From assembly GCA_028534125.1 (NCBI GenBank), contig CM052816.1:5396001-5460000 (forward strand): 64,000 nucleotides of DNA, read 5' to 3'. Position 1 is the stretch's first letter; every line of letters starts with the position of its first letter. The notes beneath the pieces are model-generated. The model was given only the letters and a program-made list of their open reading frames with translations, ran no database searches and was not told where the DNA came from. Source of the DNA: Lama glama (Eukaryota). Both the position numbers and the translations under genes were made by a program. Positions 35,020 through 46,869 of the stretch are shown here, in pieces.

Positions 35020-36825
35020 AGCCACTTAACTAAGCATTTAAGCTCTGCTCTGCCCTGAAAAGCTGTGCTAAATGCATTCCGAGCATTATCTTGTTTGATC
35101 TCCACAACCTTGCAAGACCAGTATTGTCCCCCTCAATTACGGATAAGGACACTTGAGGCCCTGCCACATCTTGCCCCGGTCATGTAGCTAGGAAGTAGCC
35201 TGGCGGACTCAACCCCTAGTCTAACTCTGCTGTGCACAGTCAAACAGCATCTTCTCGATGGTTTAGTAGACCTCGGTGTACCTGGCCTTGAATTTCCCTC
35301 TCCTCATCCATGGACCTGGACCCTTGTCAACACTCAAGATGCCTGAATAAGATACAGCTAACCCTGCATGACTTTTCACAACTTCCTAGCTTCTATTCTC
35401 CAGCCACGAAATGGAACTGCTGTTTTTAACCAATCTGTGACCATTTATGCTGCGTGCTGGGGAAATTCACATTCAACCCAGGACCCGAGAAACTATCAGA
35501 AATGGCCGCCATCAAATCTCACTGTAGATATAAGACCGACAGACTGAGAGGTCCCCAAAACGGTGTCAAGCTGCCCCTTACTGAGTGCTCTAATCTGTGG
35601 TTAGGATCTTGCTTACACTTCTGCAGGAAGTACCATCCTTTACTAGACCCACCATGTACCACATGTGTTACGTACTTCCTCTCTTCCGATCCTTATCACA
35701 ACTCTGCGAGGCGTCCTTCACCATCTTACAGGTGAGGATGCTGGGTCTGAGAGAAGCTGAGACACCTGCCCAACGTGACCCGGAACCAGGACTTACCCTG
35801 TAGCATCTAGCAGACTCAGTCACATTTGAGGGTTATTTTTGTCTGTCTGTCACTCCATCAGCCTGTAGACCCATAACAATAGGGACGAACTCTGGTCAGA
35901 ACTGTGTGCCTCACTGACCTAGTCCTGTACCCGATATACACACAAACACACATACACAGGCAATACTACAAAGGAAGCAATCAAGGTAACTCAAAAAGGA
36001 GTTCTGGATTCAGACAGATCTGGGTTTGAACAAAAGCTTTTCCATGTCCTAAGTGTCTGTCCTTTAAGTAATTCAGTCTTGTCTGAGCTTCAGTTTCCTT
36101 GCCTGTTATGTGGGGATTCCAACCAACTCCCCTCCTAGGGAGGGTGTGGAAGTGAACAGCAGACAGGGATATCCAACTCTGAGCAGAAGGTTGGGTATAT
36201 AGTGACTGCTTATGAAAACACCAACATCTCTTGCTCCAAGGCCAGAAACAGAAGTGCCCAATTCATGAGACACTTGGAACTCCAGATGTTCTGTTCCCCC
36301 AGGAGCACGTGAGCTCGCTGAGGGCAGGGAAGGAATGTTTACAACTGCAACCCCAGCAGGAGCCAATAAATGGAGTCCAACAAGTGGCTGGTGATGACAG
36401 AGACCTTTCCTGCGGGGATGGTGACTCTGAGCTGGGCGGCAGGGTCTCCTGAGCCAGCCTTGCCTCTCAAGTGGGGAAGAAGACAGCACCCACCGTGCAG
36501 AGTTCTGCTGAGGCAGAGAGGAGGTGCCCTTGGAAAGCCTCCTACCCACCCGAGCCTGATGGGAGGAAGAGGGGGGACATGGTGACACAGGGTTAAGTCA
36601 GAGCAGAGGCTGGGAAGGCCTTGCATGGGGGACCAAAGACAGGCACAAAGAGGAAGGGCTTTGGAGCCCTATAGGCAAGGGTTCAAGTCCCAGCGAGGCC
36701 TCACTGAGCCTCAGCTGCCTCATTACAAGGAGGAAAACAGAGCGGCCCCCGGGGAGGCTGTCCTGACTCAAATATAAGGTGTGCTGAGCACCTGGTACAC
36801 AGTAAGAGCTCAATAAATGGTAGGC
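35020..36825. mobile_element. Cluster of MIR copies (about 35020-35240 -, 35570-35790 -, 35990-36215 +, 36625-36825 +) with a short L2 tail
   Basis: Each copy shows MIR core motifs, e.g. ttacaggtgaggatgctgggtctgagagaag, cagacagatctgggtttgaa..ctgagcttcagtttcc, ctgagcctcagctgcctcat..cctggtacacagtaagagctcaataaatg. Confidence 0.8.
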
Positions 36826-36859
36826 ATATTGGGGGATACAACCTCCTCAGACAGGAACA

Positions 36860-37330
36860 GAGCCAAATAGGAATTCAGCTTAGTGCAACTAAAATAAAAA
36901 TAGGAGAGCCGAAACTGTTTCCTGAGGATGACTATTTATGAGGCCAATTTCAGCTTCCGAGCGCTAATGAATCCCCCACGGCAGCCTCCGTGCAGCTCCG
37001 AGTCCAGAGCACAGGGATGTGCCCTCCCCCGGGGTCTTGGAAGCACCACAGAAGCTTACGGTGCCCCATCAGTGTGGAATAGTCACAGCAATAACCCTAA
37101 TAATGATCGGGGTAAAGTGCAGGGGGGCGGGCAAAAGAAGGTGCAGGTGGGAAGGAATAACACTTCAGCTGTTTTGCTTCCTCAAGACAAACTTCTGCCT
37201 GAAATAGATTAATTCAATCTGCATATTAATGTGGATTACTAATTAATGAGTAAAAAATGCTTTCAACGAGGAAAGTGCCATGCAAGTGCTTAAAAAAACA
37301 ACATTCAGGAGTCACAGGGTAAGTAGGGAA
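36860..37330. promoter_or_regulatory. Candidate conserved non-coding element
   Basis: Repeat-free with retained CpGs. Dense homeodomain block agattaattcaatctgcatattaatgtggattactaattaatgag at 37205-37250. Confidence 0.45.
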
Positions 37331-37509
37331 AGGAAATAGGTTGGCCTCTTTTTTTTTTTAAACATTTAAACTTTTATGGTTGATGGAAATAGAGGGCAAT
37401 TAGGAAAATTCACTTAAAGCACAGAAACATAAAATAGGAAAGCCTGGTGTGAGGGGACTTTTGTGCTCCCGTGGAAACTTCTCACCACACTTACCGCAGG
37501 GGACTGTGA

Positions 37510-37655
37510 CTGCGAGCCTACTTTCTGGTTCTGCCTTCTAGACCCTGAGTTCCCTGAGGGCAGGGGCCCTGTCTTCCGTCCCTCCCCAGCTCTGGTCCCC
37601 AACACTGCACCAGGCACGTAAGGAGTAGTTAATAACATGTAATGAAACAAACTAG
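37510..37655 (+). mobile_element. L2 3' terminal fragment
   Basis: ctagaccctgagttccctgagggcagggg..cactgcaccaggcacgtaaggagtagttaataacatgt. Confidence 0.85.
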
Positions 37656-37669
37656 TGACCCCAAAAGAG

Positions 37670-38070
37670 GAGGGTGAGGGCTGTGCCCAGTGACTTCCCT
37701 TCCTGAGAGCACAGTATGAAAAGGAGAGAAAAACGAGTAGCTTTACGGTGGAGAAATCTGACAAACGCCAACCGCAGTCAGGTGGTCAGGCTCAACATGA
37801 GCGGTGGTAAGTCAGGTGGGCAGTAGGTACCCTGGCTACATGTGATGAAAATGGCACTTCAGGTCTCTGTGGTCTTCCTTCCAGAGATGCACCACTCCCA
37901 TCTAAACATCAGAAAAACATAAGCCAAATTCTAATAGGTTCAGTGAAATCCCCGACCAGGACTCCTCGAAACCGTGAAGGTCATCAGAAACAAGGAAACT
38001 CTGCGAATCTGTCACAGCCAAGAAGAACCTAGGAGATGTGGAGATTTAATGTAATGTGGTATCCTAGAGG
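37670..38070 (+). mobile_element. L1MC/L1MD-type 3' UTR fragment
   Basis: ctttacggtggagaaatctgacaaac, gtgaaggtcatcagaaacaaggaaactctgcgaatctgtcacagccaagaagaaccta..aatgtaatgtggtatcct. Confidence 0.88.
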
Positions 38071-38519
38071 GATTTCACAGAGGGAGAAATGGGTCTGGGA
38101 GGAGACACCTGCCCAAGGATTTAGAGACTCTCCTGGTGGATAGGTTCTCATAAGCATGCCGAATGCATTACAGAATAATAGACATGGTATTCCTTTTCAT
38201 ACACAGTGAATATCTTGATAAAAAAAAATCTGCAACTTAGATGCAATTTCCTCCCCCCTCTGAAAACCCTCAACTTCTGTTGACCTAAAGTCCTGCATAA
38301 TTGGGCAGCAAGCACCCGATGGGAATCAAGAGATTCAATGAGCTGGAAGAATGGTCCTCAGAGCTCACCAAGACCAAATCCTCCCACTGAGCAGAAGAAA
38401 AACTGAGGCCCAAAGGAGGAGACAGCCTATTGCCAGCGTAGAACACTGGTGTCACACTTCACTCACGCTCTCTCGCTTGCAGTATCCAACATTCTCTCTG
38501 CTACCTGGACAGGTAGAAC

Positions 38520-39210
38520 CAGTTTAGGGCCACGGAGGAATTCTCGCCAAATCCATGCTTTATCTTTGCCGACCTCAAGGCTGTTAATAAGGGCCACCAC
38601 GTGAAAAACGGTCTGGTATTTAGCTGCATGTCTTTTGCCCCAGCTTCTGGTCACTGCTAAGCAGAAAGCCCAGGCCTGGCAGGCTGAGGCCTGAGACACA
38701 AAGACAGCTTCCAAATGGCGTATAGGGAAAGGGCCCAGCTCGGCCTGGCTGGCAGGCCACAGTGCCCTGTGCGGCCCCATCCATCAGCCACCCTGGGGGA
38801 TCTAATTTTCCAGCTCGGCGTAGGGTACATTTTCTAAATGTGCCCCTGTTTCTGTTATGAGAATCAAAGTGCTCCAACCGCAAGATCATAAATACTCAAA
38901 AGTGACGGCTAATGGCGGTGGCAGTTTGCAAAATGCCAAATGGCAGCGAGAAGTGGACGCCATAAATTACAGCCTGACTCCTCCATTCTCGCCGAGGTGT
39001 TTTGTGGGTTTTTAGTGATGAGCTCTGCTTTCAAGTGGATTTACAGGGGCTCCCCGTGAATTCAGGCAGAGCTTTTAAAAATACTTCTAACAGATGCTAA
39101 AAAGAAAACGAGAAGAGTCTACCACTTCAAGCCTAAAAACAAGTTTATTAAAAATGTGTTTAATGCATAATGGCCAAAATATGGAAAGTGGCTCATTCGA
39201 AGATGGAGAC
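38520..39210. promoter_or_regulatory. Strong candidate conserved enhancer
   Basis: Repeat-free and CpG-retaining. Has atcaaag (38863), tcataaat, cgccataaatta (38958), tcaagtg (39031), tggatttac (39036), cacgtg and several aatggc copies. Confidence 0.6.
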
Positions 39211-39239
39211 ATTTAGTGTGAAAGCACTAATGACTGTCA

Positions 39240-39480
39240 TAACAGTAACAAGGACAGCTAAGATGTGCTGGGTCAGGCAGTGGGTGAAGCAACTTACACG
39301 GGTTATTTCATTGAATTCTCACAGTCGCTCCACATGGTAGGTCTACGGCTGTCATTATTTTACACGTGATAATTCAGGTTCCAAGAGGTTAAGCCATTTG
39401 TCCCAGTCACGCAGCGAGCTGGTGAGTGAGAGACTGGAGCCGTGAACGCAAGGGATCTAGCTTCAGAGCTCAGGACCCAG
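39240..39480 (-). mobile_element. MIR SINE
   Basis: ttatttcattgaattctcaca..aagaggttaagccatttgtcccagtcacgcagcgag. Confidence 0.8.
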
Positions 39481-40579
39481 ATGGCACTGCGAGTCCCCCT
39501 CCAGTCACAGCAGACCTCGGAACACATCGAGGGCTCGCAAGCCTCAGCCAACATCACCGTGCACTCAGAGAGGTCTGCGGACTACGAAAATGCCAAACTG
39601 TGGGACCCTGTCATCAACACAACAAATAACTTTTAGAAACCACAAAGGATCCCTGTTTAGGAAACCGAACTTCGAGGCCTGAATTTTTAGCCTCAGTTCC
39701 TTTATCAATAAATTGAGGGCTGTATGAACTTCTGGCTGGTAGAAAAACTTGTGAGATCACATATGTGAAAACCTCCTTGAAAACCCCAAGGCACTATACA
39801 AATAGCACTGTTAATGAAGACACCAAGATAAAATTTATTAAGTCGAGCACTAACATGTGATCTTGCACATCCCCTTTACAGAGGCAGGGACTGGGCTTCA
39901 GAGAGATGAGATAACTTGCTCAGGGTGACAGAATCAAGAGGCAGTGGCTCAGTCACAACAGAGCATCTGGAGGGCCACTTGTTCCTCCCGTTCTCAATGC
40001 CACCCTCAGTCCCCAGCGCGCGCACGCACACACACACACACCACAGGGCTCCAGAAAACACAGTTTGAGAACTCCTGGGGCAGTCACCTCCAGAAGTACT
40101 GCCTTCCCGCCCCCGCTCCCCAGCACTGAAGCTCAGGTCAGTGTTCCTGTCTCCAGGTGGCAGTTCTGCAAAGAGCACGGCCTGAGGACAGGTGTCCCTG
40201 CAGCATCAGAAACAGTCCATCTGTGCTGCCCTAAGCACAGTGGGTACAGCTGCTGCTGGGGCCCACGCCCCGCGGAGGGAACCCATGGACTCACTAAGAC
40301 AGAAAGGCCCCCCATTTCATGCTCATCTGGTTCACCTGCAGCTGGGCGGGGACATTTCTGATGAGCATGAGGAGAGAAGCGGGCCCGTGCTGGGCTGTGT
40401 GCAGCCCGGTGCCACCGCCAGCTGTCTGAGGAAATGTCTCCAGGTTCTGTGCCCTACCACGAATTTCTTTCCTTTGGGAACTATCCCACTTTTTCACAAA
40501 ATTCTATGCATCAGACCATTTCCCTCAGGCCCTGTTTCCTCTATTTTCTGACTTCCGTAAAGCTATTGAAAGGAAAGTT

Positions 40580-40755
40580 ACAGAATCATAGAATCTCAGA
40601 GCTCAGAGGACCTCAGATCCTAAGGGCTGTCTACCTGAACCTCCCAGCCCTACTCCTTCCTCCCATCTGGCACTCAGGTCCTCTCTAGAGCATTCCTGCC
40701 CAAGGACCATCAGTCTCTGCTTGAATACCTCCAAGGACAGGGAACACTCTACTCA
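40580..40755 (-). mobile_element. L3/CR1 LINE 3' fragment
   Basis: gaatcatagaatctcagagct tail plus cagtctctgcttgaatacctccaaggacagggaacactctac. Confidence 0.7.
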
Positions 40756-40817
40756 ACTGTTTCACATTCCGTCTACTGTCAGAATAACGTGGTGAGAGGT
40801 TAAGAGCACAGACCCTG

Positions 40818-40990
40818 CCCAGGACGGATGACATACCTTGTGGAGCCCTGGGCAAAATGAAAACTCAGGGACGCTTATTAAAAACTTAAGAATTTCAAGG
40901 TAGTGACAGCAGAGCAATGGACCAAGTGCAGGGCCCATCTAAGCAGGGGGCCTGGGTGACTGTCCCTGTCGCAGCCCCTGTGGCCTGAGC
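40818..40990 (-). mobile_element. MER45A-like hAT-Tip100 MITE inside a MIR (about 40790-41140)
   Basis: gcaaaatgaaaa..ttaagaatttcaaggtagtgacagcagagca..ccaagtgcagggccc. MIR head (gtggtgagaggttaagagcacagac) is upstream and the MIR body is downstream. Confidence 0.85.
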
Positions 40991-41349
40991 CTCAGGGCAG
41001 ACTCCAAGATTTCTGGCCTGGACTAGCCTCATGCATAAAATGGAGGTAACAATATCTATTTCATAGACTTGTTTCTGAGGACGACATGAGTCACTATGAC
41101 ATGAAGTGCTTAGAACAAAGCCTGGTACAGAGTTAACACCATTATTTTTGCACCCAAGTTACAACTACAAAAAAGATGTACATGTAGCAATCTCCACGCC
41201 AGCCCTCTTGGAACCTGCAGACAGCTCTTCCAGCCTCGGAAGCCTTCCCTTCACCTGAGCAGAGCTGCTGGCTCCTGACACCACTACTGGCCACTGAGGC
41301 CACGGGTAGGAAAAATCACAGCCACCATCAAGGTGGGAGCAGGAGTGAG

Positions 41350-41650
41350 GAGAGGCTCTTTAAGAAAAAGAATACGAAATTAAGGCATGTACACAATGTA
41401 TGTTTTATACGCTGCTAGATGTAGTCCTAACTCAACTTTCTAACCGCAAGATCTTAAAAACACCTGTGGCCACCCCAGTGCCACTGGCCAAGGAGTCAGG
41501 TAAGAGAGACAGCTTGCTCAATGGGTGCAGTGAAACCATCTCACTTTTGCAAATTTGAAGACAACATATGACCCTGGAACATGTTGTGAAGCCCCTCCCA
41601 GGGCCATGGAGGGAAGGGGCCTTGAGTCTTCATGGTAAACCTGATGCTGG
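41350..41650 (-). mobile_element. hAT-Tip100-type element (Zaphod/MER115-like)
   Basis: ctcaactttc..gtggccaccccagtgccac..acttttgcaaattt..acatatgacc..cccctcccagggcc..ttcatggtaaacctg. Confidence 0.65.
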
Positions 41651-41739
41651 CCATTCCCGTAGCTCACAACGTCTGCATAAAATACTCAGTAGAGAAGTAA
41701 ATTGCCCAAGGAGCTAGCACAGTCACAAGCCCCGTTGAG

Positions 41740-42390
41740 TTTGACCCTTGAATGTCTCTTCAATGAGTCCACTTCCTTTCATCATCCCCCGCCCGGGCTT
41801 CACGGCTCCCAGATGGCTGCCCCATTGGCAGCCTGGTCTCCTCCTGGGCAGTCTCTAAAGAGCAGCTGCAGCGACCCAGGCAGAATGCAAACCCGAACAC
41901 GTAAACCCTCCAACGGCTTCCTGCTGCCATTGGGATAAAATCTAAACTCCTTACCACAGAGCACATCTTCCTTCCAATATCCTCCCAACCTTTCTGGTCC
42001 CAACTCTCACTGTTCAAACCTCCAAGGCCAAGCCCCAGTCAGACAAGCAGGACACTTCGTCTGGAATCCTCTCCTCACCCTCTACTCCAACCTGGCTAAT
42101 TCATCCTTTGATATTCGCTTAAATGGCACTTCTCCTGAGAAGCTCTCCCTGGGCCCCCCAAAGCAAAGACAAATCTGGGTCTGGCACCTGCCATGTACAC
42201 ACACTGCACCCTCCACCTGCCCCATGAAAGCGTGTCCGTCACCTTTTTGCCCTACAGTACTTAACAGTCTGTCTCCTAACTAGGCTGCACGTGGCCCGAG
42301 GGAGGGCCTGTCTCCCCCGTGTTCCCAGGACTAGCACAGGGTCAGAAACAGGAGGTGCTCAACCGCACGTGCTGTCGAGTGAGTAAGCAT
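41740..42390 (+). mobile_element. L2 LINE 3' region
   Basis: aaaccctccaacggcttcc..ggataaaatctaaactcctta, cctggctaattc, ctagcacagggtcagaaacaggaggtgctcaa. Confidence 0.85.
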
Positions 42391-42695
42391 CTCAGAATGC
42401 CAAACACAGAGGGCCTTGGTGGAAATGAGCGCTGGGGTGGCGCCCTGAAGAGCCATGGTCCCATCCCAGCGCTGCTGCTAACATGCCGGACAACCCAGGG
42501 CAACACTCAGGCCTCTATCCTGCGTTCCGAGACCAGAGCTGACTCTGCAGTGCCACCAGCAGAGAGCCCACCTCTCCTGGCAGAGACGGCACAGCGAGGC
42601 CATATCCTTTCTGCTGAGTTTCCTCGGCACAGAAATCTTGCACGAGCAACCTGACTTCAGAGCCCTTCATTTATTATTCATTTATTTCCTTGTAA

Positions 42696-42697
<2 letters not shown>

Positions 42698-42730
<33 letters not shown>
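42698..42730 (+). repeat. (CTG)11 trinucleotide microsatellite
   Basis: Perfect 33-bp CTG run. Confidence 0.98.
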
Positions 42731-42731
<1 letters not shown>

Positions 42732-42904
42732 ACGCAAAGGACACGGCCTTGAAACAGGCTTCCCACCTGCACACAGGCACTGATTCACCCCGACCACAGC
42801 ATATGGTGTCTGAGTTGCCTATTTCTGACAGCCTGACAAGCCCAGGATGCAAAGAGCCAAACTGGAGTCAAGACATCCTCTCTCCCATTAATAATGCTTT
42901 TTAA

Positions 42905-43130
42905 ACACTCCATGCATTTTCATTCTTATCATATCCTCTAAGATGTCTTACTTACATAACATTCCTTGGAGGGATGGAGCTCAGGGTTTATTATCTTCAT
43001 TTTACAGATGAAGAAACTGAGGCCCAGAAAGGCTGAGTAACTTGTCCAAGGTCACAAAGCTCCTAAGCCACAGAGCTGATGAGAACCCGAGGGGGCAACT
43101 GACTCTACAGCCCACACTCTACTGTGCAGT
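42905..43130 (-). mobile_element. MIR SINE
   Basis: cattttacagatgaagaaactgaggcccagaaaggctgagtaacttgtccaaggtcaca. Confidence 0.92.
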
Positions 43131-43309
43131 ATTCTCCTTTCAACCTTCTAAAGACATTTCTAAAAATGATTTTTAATATCCAGAACACATCTGTAAATTA
43201 ATTTTTGTTCCCCAAGACAAACGAGCTTGAAAAATAGGAAGAAAAATGTGACAGGAAGTCAAAGTCACTTTACACTTAAAGAAATTAACCATAGTCTGGT
43301 CTAGCTCCA

Positions 43310-43700
43310 GCCCTCCAGCCAGTGTTCCAGCAAGCCAGCTCTCTGTGGCCACAGGGCCCCTGTACTTGCTGTCCCTTCTGCCTGGAACTCTTCTCCTGAC
43401 TCCTACCTAGACTTCAAGGCACAGCTTGACCATCACTTCCTCACTGACACTTCCTCTAAACTTTCCCCTGACTCTCTTACATTAACCTATGTATTTTCTC
43501 TCAGCAGTCATCATCATTATCTTATGTGTTTGCTTGCTTATTGTGTCTAATGTGTTTGCTTGTTTACAGTCTGTTCCTTCCACTAGAATGTAAGCTTCCT
43601 GAAGGCAGGGAGTGGCTTTTGCACCAGAGTATCCCCATTCTATAGAACTATGCCTTGCACATAGCAGGTGCTTAGTAGTAAGTATGCTGAATAAATCAAA
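43310..43700 (+). mobile_element. L2 LINE 3' end
   Basis: gtacttgctgtcccttctgcctggaactctt, ccactagaatgtaagcttcctgaaggcaggg, gcacatagcaggtgctta..gctgaataaat. Confidence 0.9.
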
Positions 43701-45274
43701 AAATCTTATTGGCATCTGAGCATTGTGACAGCCCACAGTATCTCATTTATAATAACCAAATTACATACAATACCCAAAAAGCCTTAAAACAATCAAATAA
43801 AGGTAGAAGGACAGATAACAGCTTTCTATTTTTATTAAGATAAAAATAAGAGGCCCAGAGAAATTAAACAGCTTGCCTGAAGCCACACAGCAATGAGAGA
43901 TGGAGCTGGACCTTGAACCCGTCCGTGACCTGGCTTAGTAATACTGTCAAATTTTATAAAAATCCCCTTAAAATATTTTTCCTTCAGTTTCTTCCCACTG
44001 CCTTAAAGACTCTCACAGGTCACTGTGTTGTTTGCTGAGCCCTCTGGCTCTCCCTCCCAGGAGGGCAGAAAGCCGCCCATGCCTGCAGCGTTTCCTTGAG
44101 CTGACACACTGCAAGGGAATGTGAATTAACAGGCTCTCTGGGGTGAAGTTAATCCACAACAGGAAGTATCCAGGATCCTGTGCAGAAAAGCTGATTGGCA
44201 CAAAAACCTGGGTTTCTAGGATTCCTCAAAAGCAAGCATGCAAGTGCCAGAGGACTTATCTGTATCCCAGAGAGCTAAAAGGTGTAGAGGCAGAGATATG
44301 CCAGCAAGAAAGCTTCTACCACAACCATGACTAAGAGAACACGTGTAGGACCTTAAGATGGTGGACCAAGGTGCTGCCCCATTGTGGCCTTGTTCCTGCC
44401 AGGACAACGGGCTTCACCTTCATTCTAATAAGCCATGGTTAAAAAGATAAAACTCAAAAGTAAATTAATCAAAACCCAAACCGTACAGCTAATTAGGAAA
44501 GGAAAGTTGTCTCTCCACCCCTACACACTGGGAAAGCTGAGGCTGTCCAATTTCAAAGTCATCTAACCCGGCAGTTCCTTGACTTCTGATTTTGATGGAC
44601 TTGAAAGACTCACTCCATCCCAAATTGCTGGGAAGAGAACTAATGTTGTCAGCTCTGTGTTCTGTTCAATAAACACATTCAAACCAACCGAGCGAGAAGA
44701 CAGACAACCTATCGTCTGCTACCATTTCATAAAATAAAGGACATATTACATCAAGTTGGAAAGACATCCACTGGGGATCAGTAACACAGGGAACTTTTTG
44801 GTAAAACTCACTGCTCTATCCCCATTTTCTCTTTCATTTTACCTTGGACTGGTGAAAATGTTAACAACTGGAACAAGTCTATGGACCAGTGACTGGGAAT
44901 TATAGGTCCAGCCCATCCCCCACATCTACAAATAAGGAAAAAGCAACCCCAAGGTTCACAAAGATGGTTAGCAACAGGCCCTCAGGAAGAACAGTAAGAG
45001 AGTGTATGAGGGGCTGACGTGGAGAAGTGCAGGTGTCTTAATCACACTAAAACAAAATCTCAACTCTGTTGGTATAGATGATTTAGTAAAAGGGAAAGAT
45101 GTAAAGCCCCAGGGTTCATTAGGTGAACAGACCACCAAGACAGGAAAAATAAACCCCTTCCTCCCTTGGTTCTCTAGTGCTCACCAGAGAAAATGGGAAC
45201 AAAAACTGACATAAGTGCAGTTAATCCCACAGAAGAAACAATTTCTAACAACCACAACATAAAATGTTTGAGAC

Positions 45275-46414
45275 CCAACTTCCATTTCCAGAAGTATGGT
45301 GGACTAGATACAAAACAACCAAAAAGGTAGAATAAAAAGTAACAACAGAAACAAAACATGTATTTTTAAATGTATTGGTAAGTCTGCAAGAAGATAAGAA
45401 ATAATCAGAAACCAAAAGCCAAATGAAAATAGGAACCCAAAGTGAGAAGAGAATTAAAACGGGCTTTTGTCTGAGGACACTAACTAAACCAGGTTTAATG
45501 CCAATGTTGATTCGCACATCCTCTTCAACACAGGACACAGAAGACAAAGAAAGTGTCCACATCAGGTTGGAGAGGGGTCCACTCTATGTCAGCAATCACA
45601 TACAGCTGGGACTCCCTGCATCCTCAGTACACAAGTAAACTAGAAATAAACCCATCTCACCAGAAAACTGGCTCAAATTTGGGCAATGGGGAAATGGGGT
45701 AGGAGAGAATCTCTCTTGAGACTTTCTTAACCACAAGCCAGTCCTGGTACAAGTTTGAGGTCCGTAATCAGAAACTTGTGAGGTACGAAAAACTTCAAAC
45801 TTGAGAATTTAGTATAAAGTGAACCCACCACATACGTGGCAGAATCAAAGACCAGTCTTCACTGGAGGAACACACCTTCAAAATCGCCACAAAAAAAGTT
45901 CCAAGAAATATAAATCTGTGGTAAAACAAACAAACAAACATAAAACACATAAAGAAATGAGGTACCAGAAAAGCAGCAAAAGAAACACAGCAAAGTTAGA
46001 CCCACAAAAAAACTCTTAAATTATCAGACACAGAATGTGCTTAGTGTGCTTTAATAAATAAAAAGGATTTAAAATACTGAAAAACAACAAGTGATTATGA
46101 AAAAGAACAAGCAGATTTGCAAAAGGTCCAAATACAACTTTTAAAACTATACTAATAAAAAATTTTTAAAAAAAACCTGCATGGGTAGGAAAAACAGTAG
46201 CCTAACTATAGCTCAAATAGGTAATTAACTGGAAGAAAATTCCAAGGCATTCAGAATGCAACACAAAAGGGGAAAAAAAGGAAGACATGCAAGAAGTTAA
46301 GCGACATAGAAGATAGAGTAGAAAAGTTTAAAAAAATGTCAAGTTCCAGTAGGAAAGGAAAGAGAAAATGGGGCAATGGAAATACTAAAGAAATGATGGC
46401 TGAGAAATTTTCTG
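45275..46414 (+). mobile_element. Old L1 (L1ME-like) 5' UTR and ORF1 N-terminal part
   Basis: acttccatttcc..tatggtggactag start. A-rich ORF1-like sequence ending in gacatagaagatagagt..aaagaaatgatggctgagaaattttctgaa (like ..IMAENFPE). Confidence 0.75.
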
Positions 46415-46611
46415 AAAAAAGACAAGGATGTCCAGTCTTGCCACTTTCATTCAGTGTTGCACTGGGGATTCTAGCCTCTAGATTGGAAAGATGTGTAAAG
46501 GACATGATTGTCAATATAGAAAATTAGATGGAATCTACACAAAAAGTTATTAGAGTAAGTGAGTTTAGCAAGTTTGCAGGAGATGATATCAATGTACTAA
46601 AACACAAATTG

Positions 46612-46769
46612 CAGGAGGGAGGGATAAATTAGGAGTTTGGGATTAGCAGATATAAACTACTGTATACAAAAGAGATAAACAACAAGGTCTTACTGCATAG
46701 CAACGGGAACTACAGTCAATAGCTTGTAATAATCTATACTGAAATAGAATATATATATATATATATATA
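46612..46769 (+). mobile_element. Artiodactyl/camelid LINE-1 3' fragment ending in (AT)n at the gap
   Basis: ggagggataaattaggagtttgggattagcagatataaactact..ataaacaacaaggtcttactgcatagca. Confidence 0.92.
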
Positions 46770-46869
46770 NNNNNNNNNNNNNNNNNNNNNNNNNNNNNNN
46801 NNNNNNNNNNNNNNNNNNNNNNNNNNNNNNNNNNNNNNNNNNNNNNNNNNNNNNNNNNNNNNNNNNNNN
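46770..46869. other. Assembly gap (exactly 100 N)
   Basis: Run of 100 N directly after an (AT)n tract. Confidence 0.99.

Noticed and set aside
36106..36626. Overlapping 160-aa and 95-aa ORFs
   Set aside because: GC-rich chance ORFs partly overlapping MIR sequence, with no recognisable homology.
39174..39184. CArG box candidate ccaaaatatgg
   Set aside because: It has 7 A/T bases between CC and GG rather than the 6 needed for SRF consensus.
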